NCBI GenBank assembly: GCA_002269645.1
Contig: NIVC01002100.1
Location: 124,001 to 188,000 of the forward strand
Reading direction: 5' to 3'
DNA: 64,000 nt
From: Macrostomum lignano
Taxonomy: Eukaryota
The notes under the pieces were generated by a model. It saw only the letters and a list, made by a program, of their open reading frames with translations, searched no databases and was not told where the DNA came from. Position numbers and translations under genes: made by a program. This document shows positions 1 through 11,318 of the stretch, in pieces. The stretch's first letter is position 1. The number at the start of each line of letters is the position of its first letter.

Positions 1-3000
1 CTGCTTGCAGCAGCAGTTGTACTCGAGCAGCAGTACGAATGCAAAGTACACAACACTTTCCACTACCATACAGAGCAGATATCGTCCTGTAGCATTCCAT
101 GCGCTCTGGTGCACGTCGAATCCCATAAACCGTTTTATTGGAGCAGATTTAAGTCTGGAATCTTTTAGAAGTGTGCCGAACCTGATTGAGACCTGATGGA
201 ACAAATTGTTATTATTACAGATTAGGTTACAATCCAAGAAATGCGAATATATAGCATTATATATATAGATATAATTAGCAATACATTATTCATGCGCATG
301 TCCTAACTGACTAAAGTGTTTTTGGCGTGAATTCTAAATTTTGGTCTGCGCAACTTACCTGATAGTAGACGTTTAACTCCATTAGTGATTGGCCCAAGCA
401 AAAGTGAGGCAGCGGTAGGAAAGCCATTTTCAGAATATCTGCAATGCGGAGAGCTGTGGTGTCATGGTTCTCTAGACCAACCAGTCGTACAATCGCGACG
501 GACATTGTTGTCGTGAACCCGATGCCCAGGTTCAGGCATGACAGCATGGTGAACGCCTTGCTCGGAACGGTCAGCACCCAGCTGAAGGGATACATGAGCG
601 GCGCACTGGCGAACCCGAACAGGACCACGGTCAGTAGGAACGGCACCAGGGACTCCTTTCCAATAAACTCGTAGCTTCTGAATGCAACGAAGATCAAAAT
701 AACGATGGTCAGCGGTACTATGTAGTTCAACAGGTTCCAGATGTGGTTCACGACCCAGTACATAGTCGGGTTGATTCCGGACACGAACTGCAAGTGCTTA
801 GCGTTTGTGGTTTTTTCCGAGATGAGGAAGATCACAAAGCTGGCGGGAATGAATGACAGGGCGAAGATGATGGACACCACTGTCATGGCCGATACCATGG
901 TGTTCGCGCTGAGCACGTTCTGTACGTATGTTGTACGAAAAGTGATCGGGTGAGTCCAGCCTGACACCCCGATCGCTTCTGCCGAGCCGACGCTCCGGTT
1001 GGCGAGAGTTCGCACGATAGAATTGGTGAGCGTATTTAGATATGCAGGGCCAGACAAGTAACCGTGATTGTCGTACCAGACTTGGTTTACAATTGCTTCG
1101 GAACTGCTCTGCTGACGAAAGCTTTTCAGTAGTGATAGCAGCTGCTCTAGGAAACTATAGTTGAAAAACAACACGGCGTGCCATTTATCTTATTTATCGA
1201 TATATTCTTATTTATCTATCTGATTAATCTATCTGTTTATTATCAAATAAACAAATATCATTGGGTTTTGTGACTTTTCAAGCAGGATTTTCAAATAAAT
1301 GTAGGCTTAAATTTACTGTTTAAGTAAACCGATGCTATTGGTCAACTAAAATATAAAATAATAATTGATATTGGAATAAACTATACAAGTAGCATACACA
1401 CCCATCCTTTCGTTTATCCTTCATGCTTGCTAAATTTTCCAGAACGTGCTGGGTTTCGACATTAGCATTGTCTTCGTCCGCATTAACTGGCTGCGAGTCG
1501 TTCACGAACAGCGTGTAGCCTCCGAACCTCTTTCGGTAGTACTCCATCACTGTCGACTGGATGTAGTTTGTCAGGTTGTAGCCCTGCATGCTCTCCACAA
1601 TGTCGGAGCTCATCAGAGACTTACGAGCTGGCGTTGGCCAGTCAACGCACTTGGCGCTGTTCGGGTAGTCCTTGTACGAGCACTGACACCACGATGTGTT
1701 GCTGGGCAGGTTGCTGGGAGTCTCAGACCACACAGAGCCTCGTCGCTGCGTCTTGCACGGGAAGTCGGGGTTGCTGAACACATCCTCTCGCATGCAGCGA
1801 GTTCCGAGGAAGTCCGTGCTGTTCATGTGCAGCATCAGCCGGTTGGACAGGTCGGTCAGGCTGTGGTTGTTTGGGTAGGCGGTCAGGCTGCGGCTCTGGA
1901 ACACTGATAGGTCCTTGAGGCGAGATCGCTCTGGCTTGCCGAGCATGTACCAGGGCGCCAGCTCCATCGGTGGACTGTCGCCGTCTTTGGGCACAATTTG
2001 CAGCAGAGCAAGGGTCAATAGGATAAAGACTGCAGGCAGCACAAACTCGGCGAGGAATCCGATCTTTGAGCGACGCAGAACGTAAAAGCGTTTGAACCAG
2101 AGCGCCTTGATCTGCTGCCACATCGGTCGGGTAGTCTGACGCAACCCTTTTAGAGCTGATAGATCTAATGTAGTATTTCTGGACGATAGACGAAGTTTTG
2201 AACTGGATAAAAGTTGCCTTTTTTCATTTAGCTTGCTTCCACCAATTGATTCTGGAATCTCCACGAGAGAGGATTTCGGTGTTTCTCCAACCCATTCTGA
2301 TTCGTAGCCAGTTACAGAGAGGAAGATCTCCTCAAGCGAGCTGTCCTCAATTCCATACGTTGCAATATGAAGATCTGTCATTCTTTTTTCCAAATTACCA
2401 AATAGAGAGGCCAACTTAGTCTCGGAAGTGTATGGCAGCTTTACGTTTATTTCACTGGAAGTACAATCTCCTAGAAAAGCATCTGGAACCTTGGACTGCA
2501 CCAAATCCAGTACTTTATCCGTGTCGCACTCTAAGGACGCCTTTACCAGAGTCAGGGTGTAGCCCTCACCAAACACCCTTTTTAGGAATGTAGGAGAGCC
2601 TGAGCACACGAGACGGCCTTTGTTAATGATGCAGATTCGGTCGCCCAGAATGTCCGCCTCGTCCATGTGGTGGGTAGTCAGGATGATGGTGCGGCCCTGA
2701 CGGAACTTCGCCAACACGTCCCAGATCGAGCGACGCGCGTGTGGGTCGACGCCTAAAATTCGCAGTTTTATTTTTGTCAAACGGATGTTGGCTGAAAGAA
2801 ATATCTTGTCGGTACAAAACCGCCGACTCACCAGCGGTTGGCTCGTCCAGTACGACGACCTTCGACCCGCCGACAAACGCCATGGCGACAGACAGCTTTC
2901 GCTTCATCCCGCCTGACAGATTCTTGCTTATTTCGTACTTCTTTTTCTGTAGGCCGACGTCTGCGATGAACGAGTCAACCTGCCGGGCGACCTCCGCCCT

Positions 3001-6000
3001 GCTGAGGCCTTTGAGCATGCCGTAGAAGTAGATGTGGTCCTCCACCGTCAGAGTGTCGAAAAGCACATTGTGCTGAGGACACAGGCCGAGTTGTTGGCGA
3101 ATCTGGTCCATCTCTGTGCGGATGTCGTACCCGCCGATAAAGGCGGTGCCCGATGTTGGTGTGTACAAACCCGTCAGAAGGGACATTGTAGTTGTTTTGC
3201 CTTAAATTAAGTGCATGCCCAAATATTTCATTTTGTTTTCAAAAATCAATTTGATTTTAAAAACTACTTTTTTAAATTTAGACTAAAATTTAGACTTTCC
3301 TCCATCATCACTTACCAGCACCATTGTGGCCCAAAAAAGACGTCACTTGACCTTCAAAAAAATTGTAGCTGAGGTTTTCTACGGCTGAGATCGTCTTTGC
3401 CTTTTGACAGGGCCAGTTTCTTGATGAAAATATCTTGGTCAAGTTTTTAATCGCAATGCCAACCGGAAGATATTTTGGCTCCGTTTCAAAATGCTCAGGA
3501 TTCAGATTATGAACAGTTTCGTCACTCAGTGGAAGTCCAGGACTCGATTCGTTTATGATTTGTTTATGGTCGATACACTCCTGAGCCTTGTCCTTCGATT
3601 TGCTGGTTAGTTTTTCTGGCTTGCTATATTTCCCGCACCAAAACGAGGGCTGGAATGGAAAGAACCATGGCTTGGGCACTCCGAACTCGCCGGGGAAAAC
3701 TTTCTCAAGGTACCAGGTCAACAGCATGAAAATTGCGGAGTCTATCCATAGCATTAGAATTACCTGAAAGAGCAATGACGGGCTCTGTAAGATTAATGCG
3801 CAAAAGCTAAGATTTGAAATCGGTTTTATCGCAATGAGACATTTTTTGACACCACACTATCCCTAGATCGTTATCCAGACTCAGCTTGAGGAAACGAGAT
3901 CTTGTGAAAACTATTCAAGTAGTTTTTTTATTTCAAACAGAAATGTTCTCACCAGGCCGAAGGACAGCTCTCCATTTGCGGCAGGAGAGTCAAAAAAGTT
4001 GTCATACTGCAACCCCACGGAAGCGAGCTCCCAATTGCTGATGAACTTGCAGCCGACTCCGAAAGCCAACTGGGGGATGAGGCAGCTCAGAATGTAGTGC
4101 GTCCGAGTCATGCTGTTGCCAAACGTTTCCAAAAGGTTGAAGGGTAGGTAGCCGGCGAAGTAGATCACTCTGGCAAAGGCAGCTGCTACGCTCGAGTTTG
4201 AGAAGAAAATTGACATGAAGAAGGCCTCAAAAATTGTGCTCACAACAAAAGACACGATGAAAAAGAACAGCAGAAGTGGGTTCGAGTAAATTATAATTTT
4301 TCCCATCGATAGCAGCAAGGTCATCAGGGCACTGGCGATAGACATGATGGCAAGAGAGGTGATGAACCAGGAGATCCAGTGCACTCCGTCAGACAGTCCC
4401 ATGATCTTCATCATCTCTTTCAGCCGCGTCTCTTTCTCGTAGACAATGGCGTTTACTAGCAGCGACACGTTGTAAATCCAGGATACAGTCATGAGCATAG
4501 GCAGGAAGGAGCCCATGGCGCTTATGAATTTGTCGTCAATGAAGCAGGCAGTGGGTAACATGGACATGTAGGTCTGGATCGGCGCGTCCACGCCAGAAAT
4601 TGCAGCCTGGATTCCCTGTTCCAACAGCTCCTGCAGGAGAGATCAGGTTTACCTTATCTTTATGGCGGAATTCTAGTAATGCATGTGAATGAATAATGTT
4701 GACAGCTACTTTATGCTTTTGGGTACGTTTCACGCCATTGCTTGGCTTCACTCGTTATATTGACGAGTCGATTGGAACTTATCTGATGGATCAGAACGGT
4801 AGCATTTCGTAAACTTTACTCACTACGAGCTATCAGCAAGTTCTCACCTGGATGTGCAGAAAAAATGAAGTGAAGTACTTGAAGTCTGTGGGAAACTTAG
4901 TCCTGGACGTCTCGGTGTACTTATCGTCGATGACATGAAAATACCGAGTGTCATCCACGTCATCCTCCGGAAAACGCAGCCGGTACTTCACGAAGCCAGA
5001 CGTCTGATTGTCGAACAGCAGGGACGCAATGAAAAGCGGCTTTTTAGCTTCGCTGTGCTGGCCGAACTCGTCGATGAGGTAGCGGGTGTAGTTTTCCAGA
5101 GTCTCCAGGCTGCCGAAGCCGGGCAGCTTGTTCAACCGGAAGCAGGCTGTCATGTAGTACAGCCGGCGCATCAGCGAGTTTGTCAACTTTATTAGACCAC
5201 GCCAGCTGCCGAAGCTGCCACCGGGGTCGGGCTTGGGCGCCAAGAATTTCAGCAGGCTGAGGCACATTTCGCCGTTCGACTTGCTGCCCAGAGTTCCGTG
5301 GCAAGCCAGCAATGCAGCCTGGGGTTTTCATTATGAATTGAAGAATGAGAAACTGCAGACTCACAGCCGCTACATCTTCGTGTTGGACCTCATGACTGTC
5401 TAATTCCCCCCCTCAGAGTCATCGAGTTCATGGAACCCTCTTCCGCTCTCCCAATCTCTGGTGTGCACTCACCCTGATCAGTCGCATCCGATTGCTTTTG
5501 CTCACAAACTCTTCGAGCTCGGGACTAAAGACCTGAGTGAAGCTCTCAGCCAGGTAGGACAGCCTGCTCATGCCTTGTAGAGTCCGGTTCAGCTGCAGGG
5601 TTTGGGTACGGAATTTTTATGACCATCAGCACAGTTATTAAAACATAATTCAACATCGAGTACGAAATACAATGCTCACTTTTTCGAGAAACTTGCGCGT
5701 CCTTGGGGTGTCCGGATAGAACGGGATGACGCCGAACATGACTTTGAGAATGCTGCCGAGCCCGATATCCGGCAGGACGTAGCGCAGCGATCCAAAAATG
5801 GCCGACTGAGAATTCCGATCGAGACAGACTGGGGAGTTTAAGCGGTATAGCCGGATGTCGCGCTTTGTTAATGCGTGTAGTTTCTTCTTTTTTTAACCGC
5901 TGCACAATGTTTACAAAGGTCTTCTAAATTTAAGTTCAAAGATGAACTTACGATAGGTTACTCTGCAATTCCTACTCTCTTTTAGACGATCTCTTATTAC

Positions 6001-9000
6001 AGAAAACGAGAGTAAAAACTACCGGAATGATTTACATTTGTTTGAATTCTTACATTTCTCAGGCGGAACAAACTGCTCTAGCAAATCAGCAGCTTGACCC
6101 TCCTGATTTTTCTGCTTTAGCTTTTTAGTATCGTTCCTCCTACTTTGCTGCGCTGCCGCCGCGGCCGCACCGACGTCTCTAGCCTTCCGGTGCAGCGCCC
6201 TGGCCGAGTCGTTGCCGTGTGTGCTGCCCTTCAGCGAGGCAAACTGCTCGACCGGCAGCGACATCAGCGGCTGCAGCTGCTTGCGCAAGCGTTTCGCCAC
6301 CTTGCTGAACACGGAGCGGCCGCTGCCGCACAGCACTCGGCTGAGCCGCAGAATCCCCCGCGTGGCCTGGTCCGAGTTGCCGCCGAGCCCGCCAGCCAGC
6401 GAGGCAGTCAAGTTCCACAACTCGTCGAGGGCGGCCAGTCGACCGTTGAGTTTCAAACTTTTCAGCTGCGGAGGAGCAGCGGTTGTTGGTATGGCCTTGG
6501 CTTTACATGTGCTTTTATGCGCACTGGTTCGCAAATACAAACTTCTGCTCAGTTCCAAGCGTACGCAGTGGCAGCACTGGATGACAACGACCTGTATTGT
6601 CTTTCGGTAAAAATTTCAGGTCGTCAGTGGAATTCAATTTCTACTCACCCCAGAAAGCAGCGTCTTCAAGTTAGTCAGGTCACTGAGTTCCAGTTCAATT
6701 AGATGTGGATTAGTTTCGGTGGAAACCATCTGGGTTGAGTAGCGAAATATCGATATCTGTATTATTTGTACTTCGTATATGTATTGTATACGTGTTATTT
6801 GTATCTATAACATATCTATAAGTTCAGCTTCTGGAACTCCATCTGTTCATTTCGTCTTACCTGATCCAGGGCGGCATCCATGTCGAACTGCGACTTCAAA
6901 TTTTCACGGAATTTTGCCTGTTCACAGAGTGTCGCCACAGTCAGCCATCCGTCATCGCCTCCGCCACCGCTGCCACAGACTACGGCTGGTAGCGTTTCCG
7001 TCATCCGCATCAGCGGCTCCAGCATCAGCCGTTCCACCGGGCCTGCAGACAAATGCCAGCGCTGTGGGTTTTGGGCACGAGTGAGGGGCTGCATTGTGCG
7101 GGGTTCGGGCACGAGTGAGGGCTGCATTGTGCGGGGTTCGGGCATGAGTGAGGGTTGCATTGTGCGGGGTTCGGGCATGAGTGAGGGTGCATTGTGCGGG
7201 GTTCGGGCATGAGTGAGGGCTGCATTGTGCGGGGTTCGGGCATGAGTGAGGATTGCATTGTGCGGGGTTCGGGCATGAGTGAGGATTGCATTGTGCGGGG
7301 TTCGGGCACGAGTGAGGGCTGCATTGTGCGGGGTTCGGGCACGAGTGAGGGCTGCATTGTGCGGGGTTCGGGCATGAGTGAGGATTGCATTGTGCGGGGT
7401 TCGGGCATGAGTGAGGGTTGCATTGTGCGGGGTTCGGGCATGAGTGAGGATTGCATTGTGCGGGGTTCGGGCATGAGTGAGGGTTGCATTGTGCGGGGTT
7501 CGGGCATGAGTGAGGGTTGCATTGTGCGGGGTTCGGGCATGAGTGAGGGTTGCATTGTGCGGGGTTCGGGCACGAGTGAGGGCTGCATTGTGCGGGGTTC
7601 GGGCATGAGTGAGGGTTGCATTGTGCGGGGTTCGGGCATGAGTGAGGGTTGCATTGTGCGGGGTTCGGGCATGAGTGAGGGTTGCATTGTGCGGGGTTCG
7701 GGCATGAGCGAGGATTGCATTGTGCGGGGTTTGGGCACGAGTGAGGGCTGCATTGTGCGGGGTTCGGGTATGAGTGAGGGTTGCATTGTGCGGGGTTCGG
7801 GTATGAGCGAGGGTTGCATTGTGCGGGGTTCGGGCATGAGCGAGGATTGCATTGTGCGGGGTTCGGGCACGAGTGAGGGCTGCATTGTGCGGGGTTTCGG
7901 GTAGAGGCAAAATGCAGACAGACCAGATGCTCACTTTTGGAAATCGAAATTCTGCCTTTGCAAAATCTTTTTTCTGCGCTTCCGTCGCGTCCACCCCGCT
8001 AAGCAGGGCCGTTGCGCCGCCGAACACCGAGCTGAGCTGTATAAGCTTCATGTCTGGGGAAACAAGGGAATGGATTTTCTCTGATCTTCTACTGTATTTA
8101 AACGTTAGTTTTCTGAGCACTCTCTTTGCTTCCACATAAGCTGTGTCGTTGCTCACTGCTCACCTGTGTCATTGGCACCGGCGGGCACGGCCATGACAGC
8201 CTTCGCAAACTTCCTGACCGTGGGGTTGGTCAGCACCAGGTTGGCTGCTCGCAACACCTGGGTTATGTTTCTGAACCTGGAATATGCAGGAATGAGGACA
8301 GACAGGTACACCAGCTAGATTGGGTCATGGAAACCCAGACCTAGAAATAGGAAAGGTTACGAGCTTTTGCTGACCCAACAGCAGCAGCCCGACCGGATCG
8401 GGGAGTCTTTGACACTAATAAATAGAATTGGAACTGCTGCTTCACCAGTTAAATTGGCTCATGTAGCTCGTAGTACTAGAGATTAATTAACTGGAATTGA
8501 AACGCCAATAAAGTTTGCCTTGCTGGCTCCTTACTCGGTGTCGTTGAACAGCCCCGCGTCCGAGCTGAAGTTCTGGTCGCCCTGCTGGCAGACGCCCAGG
8601 TGGCAGAAGGCCCGGAGCGCCGCCAGCGGCCCCTTCGAGGCCAGGGCGGCCGGCTTGAACTGGCAGGCCGACGAGGCGTGCCTGAAGTCGCGCGAGTGCC
8701 GGACAATCAGCAGGAGAAGGAATGACAGCAGCGGGGCCAAGATCTCTAGCGCTGTTGCGCCCTGGTGGGGTGAGAGAAGGAAGTGGGTGCTACTTCACAG
8801 CCGCAGCCCACTGAGCTACGGATTGCACTGAGCCCTGTGACTGAAAATCCTGTCAGAAGCACAGAAACTGAGCCCTGTGACTGGAAATCCAGTCAGAAGC
8901 ACAGAAACTGAGCCCTGTGACTGAAAATCCAGTCAGAAGCACAGAAACTGAGCCCTGTGACTGAAAATCCAGTCAGAAGCACAGAAACTGAGCCCTGTGA

Positions 9001-9636
9001 CTGAAAATCCAGTCAGAAGCACAGAAACTGAGCCCTGTGACTGAAAATCCTGTCAGAAGCACAGAAACTGAGCCCTGTGACTGAAAATCCAGTCAGAAGC
9101 ACAGAAACTGAGCCCTGTGACTGAAAATCCAGTCAGAAGCACAGAAACTGAGCCCTGTGACTGAAAATCCAGTCAGAAGCACAGAAACTGAGCCCTGTGA
9201 CTGGAAATCCAGTCAGAAGCACAGAAACTGAGCCCTGTGACTGAAAATCCAGTCAGAAGCACAGAAACTGAGCCCTGTGACTGAAAATCCAGTCAGAAGC
9301 ACAGAAACTGAGCCCTGTGACTGAAAATCCAGTCAGAAGCACAGAAACTGAGCCCTGTGACTGAAAATCCAGTCAGAAGCACAGAAACTGAGCCCTGTGA
9401 CTGAAAATCCAGTCAGAAGCACAGAAACTGAGCCCTGTGACTGAAAATCCAGTCAGAAGCACGGGAGCCCAAAAGTCAATCGTATTGCGATTTTCCTGAC
9501 CCCCAGTGGCACAATTGATGCCCTGGTCCTGCCTGGTGCTTTGTAAAGCGAGGCTCTAAAAACTTACAGGATTTCGCTGCTTCAGCTTGAAATTTTTCCA
9601 CTGCAGGATGTAGATCTTCTTGAGAAAGCCCAGCAT
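1..9636 (-). CDS. ABCA1-like: ABCA-subfamily full transporter, paralogue A (3' end runs off the window)
   Basis: Exons traced with GT/AG ends and consistent phases: 9636-9568 ([23 protein letters not shown]), 8761-8535, 8276-8164, 8053-7935, 7061-6861, 6729-6649, 6465-6054, 5828-5680, 5592-5473, 5318-4848, 4630-3953, 3763-3316, 3200-2832, 2752-1402, 1154-359, 192-<1. Sum 5796 nt, open frame. Motifs: N-terminal Lx[22 protein letters not shown]1 Walker A GHNGAGKTT, signature LSGGMKRKL, Walker B VVVLDEP, H-loop [11 protein letters not shown]2 KHLQFVSG. Confidence 0.93.
7075..7900. repeat. 33-bp minisatellite, about 25 copies, filling intron 4 of gene A
   Basis: Unit GAGTGAGGG(C/T)TGCATTGTGCGGGGTTCGGGCA(T/C); gives 11-aa periodic ORFs. 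Confidence 0.97.
8828..9462. repeat. 40-bp minisatellite, about 16 copies, intron 1 of gene A
   Basis: Unit CTGAGCCCTGTGACTGAAAATCCAGTCAGAAGCACAGAAA, nearly invariant. Confidence 0.97.
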
Positions 9637-11318
9637 AGTCGGCAGAGCAGCTTGGAGTTATGCAGCTGCAACTCAGAAGCGGTGACTTGAAATCGCGCAT
9701 GAATTCATGCTATTGAATTAGATTCGCAACGCTATCTGCTGATGACAGGAGCGCTTGGACTGAGCATTCTAACAAATTAACAAACCTGATTGCACAAAGC
9801 GTCAGAAGTTACTAAAAGCAGAATGAGCTTTCTGGCCATAGACGCTAAAAAAAGACTCGCAAAAATTGGTACGAGTAAAAATCAGGTTGGCGAAAAACTA
9901 AGAAAAGCCTTAATTAGTACAAAGGTAAACTTGACAAGTTGACAACTTTAACCAGGATTAAGTTGTCCTTGCCTTAGTATTGAAATTGCTCGGACAGTCA
10001 CAGAGAAGGCTGGGTACACATTAATTGTCAATTTGGTGGCAGACTATAGTGGCAGACTCTTGTGACAGACTCTTGGATCGGGAGGATGTGAGTGCACATA
10101 TTCTAAATAGTTAGTCGCGGGGAGGCACTAACCAAGCAATGCAGTCGACCCGCATCAAAAGATCGAGGTGGCAATAAAAACATTTCTATCGAAGACAAAT
10201 ATTTTTGTCAACGTATTTGCTTATCACTTAAATGATAAAAACCTGATAAAACAATTTTGCATCGAGAATTTAAAGTTAGTCTGCTGTTTATTCAAAAGTA
10301 TGGCATATGATTTCCTGTTTTTTTCAAAAAATAATTATGCGGTTTTTCGATATTTTGTTTATTTAAGTTGCGATAAAGTTATGTATCATTTTGAACAGCG
10401 CTTGTATCTAAGAAACAGTAAGAAACTTCTCCGCTGATCAAATGGTATTATTGTTCTAATTGTAGTATAATAAAAAAATAGAAAGTTTGCTGAGTACTCT
10501 GAAAATTCTCCTAGAAGCTTACTTCAAACAAGTGCGGGTTTTTCATTTCGGTATGTACAATATATTTTCTGATAAATGCCACCCATACATGTATGGAATG
10601 TTTAAATAAATTAATATAGCCTACATATATTAACATAAAAGCGAAAAGGTGAATGAAACGAATAAATTAATTTAATTTAACTCTCTTGCATTATTGAATA
10701 TTGTCTTTCTAATACCAGTATTTTCACTTTAGTGATTCATTGTATGGTTGTATTGAATATCATTTTCTTATGCATCATGATTGTGGGAGATGGTGAAATT
10801 CCTTTGCTTCATTCAAGAATTTTAAGCTATTTATCTTTATCATCATATTTATCATCAATGGTTTTTATTTTGCTTAGACAGTGTATTATTTAATCTATTA
10901 TATTTTGTAAATTTAGGTATATTTTTTTAAATCTCTCATCAATATATCTACAAACAAATATTTTATTTCTAGCATATTGGATTTGTTCCAGTTTAGCCAT
11001 TTTTGCTGATCAAAGAGTCCATATTTGTGATAATTTTACCTTTGCTTCTATTTTTAATTTTAGGGAATAATCTATAGTATATGTACATATGGCTGTTAGG
11101 CATAGCTTCTTCTACTTTGGTAGCTATATGATTGATTAAATAAATTTTTCAAAGCACATTGTGTTTGCTGTTCATCATCATTATTTGTTTTGTGATTATT
11201 TTTTAACAGAAATCAATTTTTGTTAGCTATAGAAAGTGATTTATGCATCATCATTATCTGCCATCGCGAAACCTTAAGTATTGAGCCAAGTAAGCGAAAT
11301 TTACTTTTTAGAATCGAA
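9637..11318. promoter_or_regulatory. Shared divergent upstream region of genes A and B (candidate bidirectional promoter)
   Basis: The start codons of A (9636, minus) and B (11319, plus) are head-to-head, 1682 bp apart. This is positional evidence only; no core promoter element was assigned. Confidence 0.5.

Noticed and set aside
1446-2121. Antisense or alternative-frame ORFs overlapping ABCA exons, repeated in all three genes
   Set aside because: They are shadows of GC-rich coding sequence. Their recurrence reflects the converted tract, not independent conservation.
8828-9462. CRISPR-like regular repeats (also 12599-13503 and 24700-25670)
   Set aside because: The units are head-to-tail with no unique spacers, no cas genes are present, and the context is eukaryotic.
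11290-11311. GTAAG...TTTTTAG just upstream of B's ATG as a 5'UTR intron or trans-splice acceptor
   Set aside because: 22 nt is too short for a typical intron. A trans-splice site is possible but cannot be supported without transcript data.
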